Shown here: piece by piece, positions 17,742-27,697 of the stretch | Layout of the letters: every line of letters begins with the position of its first letter | Position numbering within the stretch: position 1 is the stretch's first letter | Assembly (NCBI GenBank): GCA_963674735.2 | Contig: CAXXQS010000001.1 | Span: 1,568,001 to 1,632,000 of the forward strand | Direction: 5' to 3' | DNA from: Myxococcota bacterium | Lineage (GTDB): Bacteria > Myxococcota_A > SURF-8 | DNA length: 64,000 nucleotides | The notes under the pieces: generated by a model | What the model saw: only the letters and a program-made list of their open reading frames with translations | Told to the model about the DNA's origin: nothing | Database searches by the model: none | Translations under genes and position numbers: made by a program

Positions 17742-19277
17742 TCACCCATCCTGTCGTGTTTTCAATTTGACATTGATCACTTCACCGGCAATCTGACCCG
17801 AGAACATGGCAGGCGAAAATCCGCCCCCCGGCTTGGTCCAGGCCCCGACCTGGTAGAGTCCCGCCAGTGCGCCCCCCGGTCCGGGACGCAGGATCGTATG
17901 GTTGAAGGGCGTGTTATCGAAGCCATAGATGCTGCCGCCCAAGGTGCCCGCGTAGCGCATGTTGGTCACCGGCGTCGCCACCTCCACCACCTCCGCCGCA
18001 TCGCGCAGTCCGGGCAGAACGCGTTCCGCCAGATCCAGCATGCTTTCGGCGATGGTGCTTTTGGTATCCACATAAGCTTCGGGCGCGAGACGCGTCCAGG
18101 GATCGCCATAGACGAGCGCCGTCACGACAACGATGGACGTGCCCGGTGGCGAAACATCGGGAGAAACCGTGTTGTAGGCCGTCATGGCCACTTCGCCCGG
18201 CTCGCCGATCATGCGCATCCGTTCGTAATGCTCATCCAGATCCGCGTCGCGGTTGATGAAGGTTTCATGGTCGGCATAACCGAAGTCGGACAAAGGCTTG
18301 GCCAATCCGAGATACACATTGAAACTGCTCCCGGCCACCTCGGAATGCCGCAGTCCCTTCAGGTAGGTCTGGGGGATATGTTCGAGCCCGATCAACTCCC
18401 GGCAGGTGGTGATGGGATCGGCGTTGGAAACCACCACCTTGGCCCGCACCTCTTCATCCGCCTCCGTTATCACACCGACTGCCCGACCCTTATCGACCAG
18501 AATGCGCTTGGCGCCGTTGCAGAACATCACCTCGCCGCCGTTTTCCTCGATCACCTCGACGAAAGCATTGGACAAGGCCTGTGAACGGCCTTTGATGAAG
18601 GAAGCGCCATAGGTGACATAGGAGGCCAGCGCCACCGCGAAGTAGAAAAACGAAACCTTGGCGGGTCCGATCCCGAAATAGCCCCAGAGTTGCGACAAGA
18701 CCGCTCGGGCGCGTTCGTCACGCACATCCCGGTTGAGCACATCTCCCCAGCGGGAGAAGAAATACCGGGGAGTTGCACGAAACGTGAACGGCAATTTGGC
18801 CAGCGCCACCGCCTTTTTACTGCCGCGTTTATAGGCGAGACCCGACAGAACGTCGATCTCATCGAACACGGTGAAAACCCGCGCCATGAAGCGGCGAATT
18901 CCATCGGCGTCACTCGGGAAGGCACGGCACAGCGTTTCCGTATAGTTCTCGCGTCCCATCGACAGCCGAATGTCGAAATCCGGCAGAACCGAGCGATAAA
19001 GATCGCGGATAGTCAGAAACTCAACCTTTTTGTCGATACCCAAACGCCGGAGATAACGCAGCAACGAGCCGGGATTGTCGTCCGTCCCGATGTCCGACAA
19101 TTCATGCAGCGCCACTTCAAACTCGAAGCGTCCCCGCACAAAACTGGTGGCATACCCTCCCGGAACGTTATGCCGCTCCAACAGGAGGACTTGATGCCCC
19201 TTTTTGGCCAGGAAGGCCGCCGCCGACAAACCACCCAAACCGGCTCCGATCACCACGGCGTCAACTTGTCGAGCCAT
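17742..19277 (-). CDS. Phytoene desaturase / retinol-saturase-family FAD oxidoreductase
   Basis: VIGAGLGGLSAA...LLERHNVPGGY Rossmann motif, ATPVT..RY, GSIYG and GLYQVG...PGGG. Likely start is the ATG at 19277. Confidence 0.85.
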   Translation of the reverse strand: MARQVDAVVIGAGLGGLSAAAFLAKKGHQVLLLERHNVPGGYATSFVRGRFEFEVALHELSDIGTDDNPGSLLRYLRRLGIDKKVEFLTIRDLYRSVLPDFDIRLSMGRENYTETLCRAFPSDADGIRRFMARVFTVFDEIDVLSGLAYKRGSKKAVALAKLPFTFRATPRYFFSRWGDVLNRDVRDERARAVLSQLWGYFGIGPAKVSFFYFAVALASYVTYGASFIKGRSQALSNAFVEVIEENGGEVMFCNGAKRILVDKGRAVGVITEADEEVRAKVVVSNADPITTCRELIGLEHIPQTYLKGLRHSEVAGSSFNVYLGLAKPLSDFGYADHETFINRDADLDEHYERMRMIGEPGEVAMTAYNTVSPDVSPPGTSIVVVTALVYGDPWTRLAPEAYVDTKSTIAESMLDLAERVLPGLRDAAEVVEVATPVTNMRYAGTLGGSIYGFDNTPFNHTILRPGPGGALAGLYQVGAWTKPGGGFSPAMFSGQIAGEVINVKLKTRQDG

Positions 19278-19437
19278 TTCAAACTCCCTCGCGTGTTTTT
19301 CTGATTGGGCAACCAATGTCGATGCACATCGTTTCGCCCCGTTCATGATAACTTGACGGGGAAATTTTGCAACAACTAAAGGCGGGCAAGCCCGCCGGAT
19401 GCGCTCCGACAGGCGGAAGGCAGACTTGCCAAGCCGA

Positions 19438-21084
19438 TCAATCGACGGCGAAGCGATTGATGGCGTTGAAATAACGGGTTAGAAAGTTATCCGTCAACCG
19501 TGTCGGCAGCGCATTGAGCACCTCGTTGACCACCGCCATACGCTCCGGGACATCCTGACCTTCGATGCCCGCCTCGTGCATCAGTTCCCAGAATGCTTCA
19601 TCGTCGATTTCTTCAGGCTCGCGATCGATCACCCGCTCGATCAACCGTTTGGCAACCGCACTCGGAGGGATGCGTTTCGCCGCCTCCACCGCCTCGCGCA
19701 AGTCGCTCAACATGGCGTCGAGTTTCGGGACATTGTTCGCCTGGATGCTGAAATGCACGTTTTCCCGGTGCTCGCGATGACCAAATTGCGGCTGGATGAA
19801 CCATCCGCGCTTCTTCATTTCGTCGGCCAGGTTGAAGACGCTGAGGGTATCGCTGCTTACCGCCACCAGGTTCATATGCGGGTTGCCCATCACGCTCAGG
19901 TCCGGGAAGCGCTCCATGGCCTCGATAAAGTGGCGGGTGCCATCCAGCATTTGCTTGGCCAAACGCAAATAGCCTGCCTGTCCGAGAAAATTCATCGTGG
20001 CCCAGGCCGCCGCTACCGGACCGCCCGAGCGCGAGCTTTGAACGGCCTGATTGACGACGCAATAGCCCGTCCAGCCGGAGCAAGCGAAATACTGGTAATG
20101 TCGCAGCGCCGCATCGCGATGCAGCACAATAGAGGCGCCTTTCGACGCAAATCCGTATTTGTGTATATCCATCGACATCGTGCTGACACCCGGCACGGAG
20201 AAATCGTAGTCGGGCACTTCCACTCCCAGCCGCCGGAAATAGTGCAGTGCAAACCCTCCCACACAGGCATCGACGTGGAACAGCAGATCGTGATCCACCG
20301 CGATTTCTCCGATTTCGCGAATGGGATCCACCACCCCATGTGCGTAGGACGGCGCGGAGGCGACCAGCAGGATGGTGTTGTCGCCGACGGCCTCGCGCAT
20401 GGCCTGCGGATCGGCGCGGAAAGTGGCCTTATCTACCGGGGTCTGGACTATTTTGATGCTCAGATAATCGGCGGCCTTGTAAAACGCGGCATGGGCGGTT
20501 TCGGGCAGAATCATCTCCGGTTCGGTGATGTGAGGACGGTTTTTTCGCGCCCAGTTGCGGGCGGTTTTGACGGCCAGCATGATGCTTTCGGTGCCGCCGC
20601 TGGTGAAGTTGCCCACCACATCCGGTCCGGCGTTGACATGGGCTTTCGACATCTCGACCAGCTCGTTTTCCATGGCCACCACGCTGGGGGTCACGGTGGG
20701 ATCGAGCGGGTTGGACTTCAGAAATTTGAGATAGGCCTTGTGCTGCACCTCGTTGACCGCACGGCCCGCGTCGTAGTAATAGGCAAACACATGGCCCGTA
20801 CCACTCGGCATATCGAAAGACTGGTAGAAGTCGAGCATACCGAAAAGCGTATCGGCCGATAGCCCCTTTTCGGGGACCGTGACCTTTCCGCCCTTGCGAT
20901 AGCGTGACAGCACCATCAGCGGACCCAGCAGACGCGGAGCCAACGGCAGGTGCGCAGCGGCTTTGACCGCCCACGGGGCGCGAGTTTGCAAGGCATCCAT
21001 CATCGCCCCGGCCTTATCGCTCAGGCCTTTGTCTTGAATAACCGACTTAACTGAATTCACGAGATTTTCGGCAACTTGTTTCAT
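19438..21084 (-). CDS. Sphingosine-1-phosphate lyase-like PLP-dependent enzyme (group II decarboxylase fold)
   Basis: NPLDP, TSGGTESIMLAVK, TAHAAF.KAA, SAPSYAHGVVDPI, HVDACVGG, SMDIHKYG (PLP lysine) and SR.GG..AAAWA. Confidence 0.8.
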   Translation of the reverse strand: MKQVAENLVNSVKSVIQDKGLSDKAGAMMDALQTRAPWAVKAAAHLPLAPRLLGPLMVLSRYRKGGKVTVPEKGLSADTLFGMLDFYQSFDMPSGTGHVFAYYYDAGRAVNEVQHKAYLKFLKSNPLDPTVTPSVVAMENELVEMSKAHVNAGPDVVGNFTSGGTESIMLAVKTARNWARKNRPHITEPEMILPETAHAAFYKAADYLSIKIVQTPVDKATFRADPQAMREAVGDNTILLVASAPSYAHGVVDPIREIGEIAVDHDLLFHVDACVGGFALHYFRRLGVEVPDYDFSVPGVSTMSMDIHKYGFASKGASIVLHRDAALRHYQYFACSGWTGYCVVNQAVQSSRSGGPVAAAWATMNFLGQAGYLRLAKQMLDGTRHFIEAMERFPDLSVMGNPHMNLVAVSSDTLSVFNLADEMKKRGWFIQPQFGHREHRENVHFSIQANNVPKLDAMLSDLREAVEAAKRIPPSAVAKRLIERVIDREPEEIDDEAFWELMHEAGIEGQDVPERMAVVNEVLNALPTRLTDNFLTRYFNAINRFAVD

Positions 21085-21707
21085 TCGAACGACCTGTCAT
21101 TTAATTGAGTGAAATCGGTACTTGCGAGTCCCACGCGTACCAATTCGATTCCATCGCGGCCCAACTGCACGAGATCCTGTTTGCACCCCTTGCTGAACCA
21201 CTCATACAACACCGCCTCGATCGCCCCGAAAATGATCCCGGCGGCCAAACGCGCCTCATAATCCTCTCTGGAGCTTTTCCCGCGACTGGCGGCCAGCCGC
21301 TCGGAAATCACCACTTCCCATACGGCGTCATACTCCAACTGACGAGCCAGGAGGTGCAAAGACTCGTGAATGATCTTGCGTTGATCGGCCAGTTCCTTCT
21401 TGATACTCATGAAGTAGGCCGCCATGTCGAGCAGGCCTAACCGTACGGAATCGAAAGGCGTCTGCTCGGTTTCGTATTGCCCGATCAGGTCGCGCAACAT
21501 CTGGATGCGTTCATCCTGGTAAGGAAACACAACCATTTCCTTGGCCTTGAAATAGCGGAAGAACGTACTGCGCGACACCTCGGCCTCGGCTGCAATTTCG
21601 TCGGCGGTCGTGCCGTCGTACCCTTTTTTTATAAACAAGCGCGTCGCCGCATCGATAATCGCCTGACGCGCTTTTATTTTTTTTCGTTCCCGTAGCGAAA
21701 GCTCCAT
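21081..21707 (-). CDS. TetR/AcrR-family transcriptional regulator
   Basis: LRERKK...AIIDAA..LF..KGY..TT..EIA.EAEVSRSTFFRYF..KE. Overlaps the lyase start. Confidence 0.95.
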   Translation of the reverse strand: MELSLRERKKIKARQAIIDAATRLFIKKGYDGTTADEIAAEAEVSRSTFFRYFKAKEMVVFPYQDERIQMLRDLIGQYETEQTPFDSVRLGLLDMAAYFMSIKKELADQRKIIHESLHLLARQLEYDAVWEVVISERLAASRGKSSREDYEARLAAGIIFGAIEAVLYEWFSKGCKQDLVQLGRDGIELVRVGLASTDFTQLNDRSFE

Positions 21708-21852
21708 GACAACCTCGTCGTTTGGTCGTTCCCGTGAAGAAAATCAGCCTGAAATTCGCCTCCAAGCGCCAGGCCATCGCGATTTGACATATCGCATCTA
21801 TTTGATTATTATCCGTTTAAGCGTTTCGTTTCAATTGAACGTCCGTCTCTTC

Positions 21853-21867
21853 TGAAACTCAGTGCCA
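21853..21867. promoter_or_regulatory. Possible TetR operator
   Basis: Imperfect palindrome TGAAAC-TCA-GTGCCA between the divergent TetR and START genes. Confidence 0.25.
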
Positions 21868-21890
21868 TATATAGCACAACCAAGCGGGGA

Positions 21891-22640
21891 ATGCCCATGA
21901 AAAGCGCGCATCTGTTTTTAGTCTTTGTTTTTTCGTTGGCGATTCTAGGCGCACCGGTTTTCGCAGAAGAAGAGGAACCGGCATATCGCAATCCCAATCC
22001 GCATTTCAAACCGCTTTCCAAGGATGTGGAACAATCGCTGATCAAACAGAAGCTGGGTAAACCGCCCGCGTTGGACCCCAAAAAACTGGCCGACCTGAAA
22101 AAGGGAAAAGTGCTGGTCCGCGAAATCCCCAGTGAAACGAAGACAAAACGCTACGAAGCCATCGGAATCGTCAATCATTCACCGGCTATGGTCATGGCCT
22201 TCATGAAAGATTACCCGGCCAAACTGGGGATCTTTCCCCATCTGGAACAGGTCACGGCTAGTTGGAATGAAAACATGGCGACGGTGCATATGGTGCTCAA
22301 AGTTGCATTCAAGACCATCCGCTACCGCCTCAATTTTTTGCATTACGGCGATTATTTCATCGAGTTTGAATATGTCGAAGGCGACCTGAAAAACACATCG
22401 GGCTCGTATAAATTCTTTCCGATGAGCCAGGGCACGAAAACCTTAGTGGTTTACAACGTCTCGTCCGATCCGGGCATCCCGCTGCCGGATTTCATCCTGA
22501 ATCTGCTGACCAAAAGTTCGCTGCCCGACGTCATCGAGGCCATCGGTAAAGGCGCCGCGATGAAACAGAAAGAAGCGGATCTGAAACAGACGGCCGAAAC
22601 GGCGAAAACAACGAATACAGCGAAAAGCGACACTCCCTAA
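21891..22640 (+). CDS. Exported SRPBCC/START-family (polyketide cyclase-like) ligand-binding protein
   Basis: Signal peptide, then DYP....IFPH, VEGDLKNTSGSY.F.P...GTKTLVVY and PG.PLPDF typical of the SRPBCC fold. Confidence 0.7.
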   Translation: MPMKSAHLFLVFVFSLAILGAPVFAEEEEPAYRNPNPHFKPLSKDVEQSLIKQKLGKPPALDPKKLADLKKGKVLVREIPSETKTKRYEAIGIVNHSPAMVMAFMKDYPAKLGIFPHLEQVTASWNENMATVHMVLKVAFKTIRYRLNFLHYGDYFIEFEYVEGDLKNTSGSYKFFPMSQGTKTLVVYNVSSDPGIPLPDFILNLLTKSSLPDVIEAIGKGAAMKQKEADLKQTAETAKTTNTAKSDTP

Positions 22641-22916
22641 ACCGCCCTTCCTAACCCGCCACACGTTCCAGGCGAAAGAAATGCGGACCGGAAGCTCGAT
22701 GTGCCTTTCGAATCGTTCCACCTTACCGGATTTTGCAATCCGCTTGACTTTGTTGTAGAATATCGGGGTCAGTCAACGAGCATCACTCTGACAACCGATC
22801 ATAATCGGATACCGTCCGAACGAACACGGCATCCATTTCGCATTATCACAGACAAACGTGGGGCCGATTGTCTTTTTAGGGGTACAAGCCGTCCATACGA
22901 AAGAAAGGATCCAGTC

Positions 22917-23387
22917 ATGAAAGCCTTGAAACTGGGAAGCCTGATCATCATGCTCACGACCATCCTCGCAGGTTCCGCCCTGGCTGCGGATGTTTTGTGC
23001 ACGACCTGCGGCGAGTATAAAAGCGAAAAGCAATGTGTCGATGCGACCGCAGCGGCCGAAGACGCCGCCAAGACCGCGGCCCAAGCCGCATTGATCGAGA
23101 AATTCGTCTCATCCAAAAAAACCGATTACGAATGCGGTAAAACCTACGAAACCTGCGAGAAAACGTGCCCCAAAAAACGGGCCCGGTCGGAAATCGTCAA
23201 CCGCGGCACGCAAACCCAGGTTCTGCAAAAGCCGGTTCTCGATCCACATCACAAACTCTGCCTGGACAACTGCAAGATTTCGCGCACCAAATGCTACCGC
23301 ATGCAAGAAGAAGGCGAGAAAAAATGGCGGGATCACATCACCGAAAAGATGAACGTCGAGTCCACCACCTGCAAACCCGCGCCGTAA
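22917..23387 (+). CDS. Small secreted Cys-rich hypothetical protein
   Basis: AAGGA RBS, signal peptide ending ALA-A, and 10 Cys in the mature part. Confidence 0.7.
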   Translation: MKALKLGSLIIMLTTILAGSALAADVLCTTCGEYKSEKQCVDATAAAEDAAKTAAQAALIEKFVSSKKTDYECGKTYETCEKTCPKKRARSEIVNRGTQTQVLQKPVLDPHHKLCLDNCKISRTKCYRMQEEGEKKWRDHITEKMNVESTTCKPAP

Positions 23388-23412
23388 ACCCTTCCCTGTT
23401 TTCAAACGTATC

Positions 23413-23440
23413 ACGCCCGGCCGCACAAGCCGGGCGTTTT
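23413..23440 (+). terminator. Intrinsic terminator
   Basis: ACGCCCGGC/GCCGGGCGT stem followed by T tract. Confidence 0.7.
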
Positions 23441-23600
23441 CCATTGGAAGACATCTTTTCAGGAACGATTAAGAATTTTTAACTCAAAGTCACAAGTATC
23501 CACTTTTTAATCGATCGATTCCATGATATATCGCCCAGACATATGGATCATGCAACAAGAACCGACGACTTTTCCAACTTATAAGGAAGAAAGCAATCAG

Positions 23601-25835
23601 ATGTCTGCAATACGTGTTCGCCCCTGGATATCCGTTGTCTTGATGTTTGTCCTGATGCTCGTCAGCCTGTCGACTTGGGCGCAAGAATCTTCCGAGCTTC
23701 CGACTTCCCCCGAAGCAAACGCCGCTCCCCCAGAGAAACCAGCAAACGATGCGGAGGCGAAGGATAACCGTGACGACGCGACCAGCCTGCCGGAGACCGT
23801 CGTCACCGCCAATCGCGTCGAAGAAGAGCCCTTTTTGTCTGGACGCAGCCTCGATATCGTCAGCAAAGACGAATTACGCGAACGTCAACCGAGGACGATC
23901 CCCGAAGCGCTCCGAGAATCTCCCGGCGTTTTCGTGCAATCGACCAACTATGGAGGCGGCTCTCCCATCATTCGCGGCATGGTCGGCCCCCAGGTGCTGA
24001 TTCTGATCGACGGCATTCGGCTCAACAACGCCGTCTTCCGCACCGGTCCGCTACAATATCTGAACTTGCTCGATCAATACGAAATCGAACAACTGGAAGT
24101 CGTACGCGGACCCGGCTCCATCCTTTATGGCTCCGATTCGCTCAGCGCCACCATCAACGCGCGTACCCACACCCCACGCGACCGTCGACAATCGGACCGA
24201 TTCGGCGCGAATTTCGAATTGGCGGGGCGTTACGGCAGCGCGGCACGGGATAAAACCGGCCACGGTCTCGTCGACATGGGGTATTCCTGGTTCGGGGCCA
24301 ATGCGTCCGTAACCTTCAAGGATTTCGATAACCTGGAAGGAGGCCGCGGAGTCGGAACACAGCCTTACACGTCCTATCAGCAGGTCAACGCCTCCGGCAA
24401 GCTGACCGCCCGCCTTTCCGAAGGATTTTTCGAGGATTGGACGGTGACACTGGGTTATCACCTCACCCGCATGACGGATGTCGGCCGTGCCGAACAACTT
24501 GAAAGCAAGCACAAATACAACTTGTACCAGAACGATCACGACCTTCTTTACGCCCGAACCAACATGATTTTCAGGCCGATTTCCACCAAACTCGAACTGA
24601 CGCTTTCCTATCAGCACTTTTTCGAAGACAAGCAGACCGACAACCTGGATGACGATCTGAACTACGTACAGAAAACATCGAACGACAAAATCACTGTCAA
24701 CACCATCGGCGTGGACGCTCAGTTTCACACCAACGTGCTCGATGATCGCCTGCGGCTGGTTTACGGCGCGGAATATCACAAAGATCTGATCGAGTCGTCC
24801 AATGAGTCGTTCGACCGCATCAGCGGGGCACGTTCACAAGGAGAAGCCGCCTACCCGGAAGGATCGGACTACGAACTGGGCGGCGCGTATGTGTCGGTGA
24901 ATGGCGAGGCCCTACCGACCGACTTGGATTTCGGGCTGCGCCTCACCGCCGGTTACCGTTTCCAGCATATGGGAGGAACCGCCGATGCCCGCGAGGATGC
25001 TCCGGCGGTCGACTACGGTAACCAGGCGCACATCTTCATGCTCGGCATCCAGGGTTCCTACAAACATCACTGGATGAGCGCCTTCACCTGGTCCCAGGGT
25101 TTCCGCGCCCCCAATATGGATGAGACGGTTTCCATCGGCGACCGTGGCGACTGGTATCAGGTTCAGAACGACGACCTGGGCCCCGAGCGCTCCGATACCT
25201 TCGAACTGCTCAACCGTTTCAACGTCTGGCGACTGAGCGGCAGTCTGGCCGGATATGTCACGTTGTTGTCCGATTTCATCCGCCGCGAACCGGCCACGCT
25301 CGATGGAGAAGAAACCTACAACGACCTGCCCGTCGTCAAAAACGCCAACGGCGGCCACGCCCGCCTGTACGGCTTTGAAGGCCAGCTTAACTTCAAGCTG
25401 TGGCAGGGTTTTTCTCTCGCCACCGCCCTCACGTACACCTATGGCGAAGAACTGCTAGACGACGACGCCCAGGCGGCGGATCCCCAGAACCGCAGCAGTC
25501 GTCCGCTTTCCAAGATTCCGCCGTTTTTCGGCAACGCCGGTTTGCGCTGGGACAAGCGTTTCAACAGCCATTACGCCTTCTTCGCCGAAACCTATCTGCT
25601 GTTCGCCTCCAAGCAAAGCCGTTTGTCCGACAACGACAAGCAGGATGTGCGCATCCCCGTAGGCGGTACCCCCGGCTGGGTGACCTGGAACGCCCGTTCC
25701 GGTCTGGACATGTACGACATGGCGAGCCTGGTTCTGAATATCGAGAACCTGACGAACACGAAGTACAAATACCATGCCTCCGGGGTCTATGGAGCCGGAA
25801 CCAACGCCATTCTCAGCGCGGAAATCCGCTACTGA
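23601..25835 (+). CDS. TonB-dependent outer-membrane receptor
   Basis: Signal peptide, TonB box ETVVTA, plug (PGV...IIRG...LILIDGIRLN...EVVRGPGSILYGSD), GFRAPN, ENLTN..Y and terminal aromatic residue. Confidence 0.93.
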   Translation: MSAIRVRPWISVVLMFVLMLVSLSTWAQESSELPTSPEANAAPPEKPANDAEAKDNRDDATSLPETVVTANRVEEEPFLSGRSLDIVSKDELRERQPRTIPEALRESPGVFVQSTNYGGGSPIIRGMVGPQVLILIDGIRLNNAVFRTGPLQYLNLLDQYEIEQLEVVRGPGSILYGSDSLSATINARTHTPRDRRQSDRFGANFELAGRYGSAARDKTGHGLVDMGYSWFGANASVTFKDFDNLEGGRGVGTQPYTSYQQVNASGKLTARLSEGFFEDWTVTLGYHLTRMTDVGRAEQLESKHKYNLYQNDHDLLYARTNMIFRPISTKLELTLSYQHFFEDKQTDNLDDDLNYVQKTSNDKITVNTIGVDAQFHTNVLDDRLRLVYGAEYHKDLIESSNESFDRISGARSQGEAAYPEGSDYELGGAYVSVNGEALPTDLDFGLRLTAGYRFQHMGGTADAREDAPAVDYGNQAHIFMLGIQGSYKHHWMSAFTWSQGFRAPNMDETVSIGDRGDWYQVQNDDLGPERSDTFELLNRFNVWRLSGSLAGYVTLLSDFIRREPATLDGEETYNDLPVVKNANGGHARLYGFEGQLNFKLWQGFSLATALTYTYGEELLDDDAQAADPQNRSSRPLSKIPPFFGNAGLRWDKRFNSHYAFFAETYLLFASKQSRLSDNDKQDVRIPVGGTPGWVTWNARSGLDMYDMASLVLNIENLTNTKYKYHASGVYGAGTNAILSAEIRY

Positions 25836-25884
25836 TTCGAGGGGCAACCGGCGATTTTAAGCGTAAGGATTGGTTGAAGGTTTC

Positions 25885-27252
25885 ATGAAAAAACAAAGCG
25901 GCAAACGCCTGATTGTCCTGCTGGCGATGATTGCGGCTATCGGTGCGTTCTCCCTTCTCTGGCGCGCGCACCTTCATTCCGAACCCTCTGCCTGCGCTTC
26001 CTGCCACATCATGCAAGAAGGAGTCGAAGGCTGGGCCTCCGGTGCGCATCGATCCGTCGATTGCCTGGAATGCCACGACCCTTCGCTCTGGTTGGAAATC
26101 ACCAATCTAGGCCGGACCCTTGCGGGGACCGTCACCCAACCGCAACCGATCACGTTTCAGCCGGAACAATGCCTCACCTGTCATCCGGCCAATCCGCGCT
26201 GGACGAACATCGCCGAAATTGTCGATGCCCGACCGCAAAGCGACACATCCGGCCGCGATCTCGCCGTCATCGCTCACGCGCATTTCGAACGAAGCGATTG
26301 CCAAAGCTGCCATAAAGACACGGCACATGGAACGGTGGAACTCCTTTCCCGCCGCCTTTCTACGGATGTCCCGCTCACCCTCGATGGGCGACTCGACGAG
26401 GGACTCTGGAAAACGGCCGCTCCCCTGCTCGTTCCGATCATGGGTGGAAACAGCATCGGACGCATCGCGGTCGAGCTGCGAGCGCTTCACTCGGACACCG
26501 ACATTTTCATCGCCGCCCGCTGGCCGGATCGGCGGGACGATGCTGAAAAAGCGATGTGGGAAATGGGATCTGATGGAAAGTGGCACAAGCTCGGTCGGAC
26601 TCGCGCCGGAGAGCCCGGAAACGAAGACCGCGTCCTTTTCCTCTGGGATGTTTCGATTCCCGACTTCAGCCAGCAAGGCTGCCTGGTCACCTGTCACCTG
26701 GACGTCAGTGCATCCAAATATCTGGAATCTCCGGGGTTGGGCGACATCTGGCACTGGAAAGCCGCCCGCAGCAATCCGGCGGGGTATTGCGACGACAAGC
26801 ATATCACCCACATTCGATCCGGAAGCGACGGCGGACGCCATGGCGACGCAACCGACCAAAAGCCGGGAACCGTCGAAAACGTCAACGACCGTGGGGATGG
26901 TCCGGCTTTCATGCACGATCCGGCGCACGAGCCGACCGACCCGCGTTTCCTGTTCGCCCAAACGGCACAACCCATTCCGGCGCAGGCTGTCTTCAAACCC
27001 GGCACGCGCATCCCCGGCTATCTGCTGTCGCGCCCGGATGGTAGCCGGGGTGACGTCGAAGCCGCCGGGTATTGGGAAAACGGGTTCTGGACGGTCGAAT
27101 TCAGACGGAAACGAGTGACCGGTCACGCCGATGATGTCGCCTTCGACGACCTCACGCGCCGTTACCCCTTCGCGCTGGCAGCGGTGGACAACGCCTCGGG
27201 CGCCGAACATTCTTTCTCGGGTGTTTTACAGCTACGCTTCATCGACAACTAG
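25885..27252 (+). CDS. Membrane-anchored multiheme cytochrome c fused to an ethylbenzene-dehydrogenase/DOMON-like heme domain
   Basis: N-terminal TM, four CXXCH (CASCH, CLECH, CLTCH, CQSCH), then LDG..DE..W, EDR....W, CLVTCH, DIWHWKA and W..G.WTVEFRR. Confidence 0.8.
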   Translation: MKKQSGKRLIVLLAMIAAIGAFSLLWRAHLHSEPSACASCHIMQEGVEGWASGAHRSVDCLECHDPSLWLEITNLGRTLAGTVTQPQPITFQPEQCLTCHPANPRWTNIAEIVDARPQSDTSGRDLAVIAHAHFERSDCQSCHKDTAHGTVELLSRRLSTDVPLTLDGRLDEGLWKTAAPLLVPIMGGNSIGRIAVELRALHSDTDIFIAARWPDRRDDAEKAMWEMGSDGKWHKLGRTRAGEPGNEDRVLFLWDVSIPDFSQQGCLVTCHLDVSASKYLESPGLGDIWHWKAARSNPAGYCDDKHITHIRSGSDGGRHGDATDQKPGTVENVNDRGDGPAFMHDPAHEPTDPRFLFAQTAQPIPAQAVFKPGTRIPGYLLSRPDGSRGDVEAAGYWENGFWTVEFRRKRVTGHADDVAFDDLTRRYPFALAAVDNASGAEHSFSGVLQLRFIDN

Positions 27253-27274
27253 AACGCACAACTTCGGATTTATC

Positions 27275-27308
27275 GAACGCAAAGAAGCTGCACGCGAGCT
27301 TTGCGTTC
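27275..27308. terminator. Hairpin between convergent genes
   Basis: GAACGCAAAG / CTTTGCGTTC 10-bp inverted repeat. Confidence 0.5.
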
Positions 27309-27311
27309 CGG

Positions 27312-27653
27312 CTAAATCGCCCCGCTTCCACGGTTGCCGGTGCGAATGCGGATGCAGTCTTCCAGCGGCAGGATAAAGATCTTGCCGTCCCCGGTTTCGC
27401 CTTCCTCGTGCCGGGCCGCTTCCATGATCGCATTGACGCAGATCTCTACAAATTCATCGTTACAGGCGATTTCGAGGCGCACCTTGGGATGCAAGGTCGG
27501 TGCGACCTGCTGCCCGCGATAATAGTAGGTTTGCGTGGCCCGTCCCCGCCCGGTGCAGCGACTGACCGTGATGCGGGTGATTTCCGCCCGGATCAGCGAT
27601 TCGCGAACTTTATTCAGCATGTCCGGTTCAATGATGGCGACGATCAGTTTCAT
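27312..27653 (-). CDS. glnK: P-II nitrogen regulatory protein
   Basis: MKLIVAII.P, YRG, PKVRLEI and GDGKIFILP..DCIRIRTG..G..AI. Adjacent to amtB. Confidence 0.93.
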   Translation of the reverse strand: MKLIVAIIEPDMLNKVRESLIRAEITRITVSRCTGRGRATQTYYYRGQQVAPTLHPKVRLEIACNDEFVEICVNAIMEAARHEEGETGDGKIFILPLEDCIRIRTGNRGSGAI

Positions 27654-27697
27654 CTTCTTTTCCCCGCGATGCAGGTTTGATGGTTCCAGGTTTGCGC

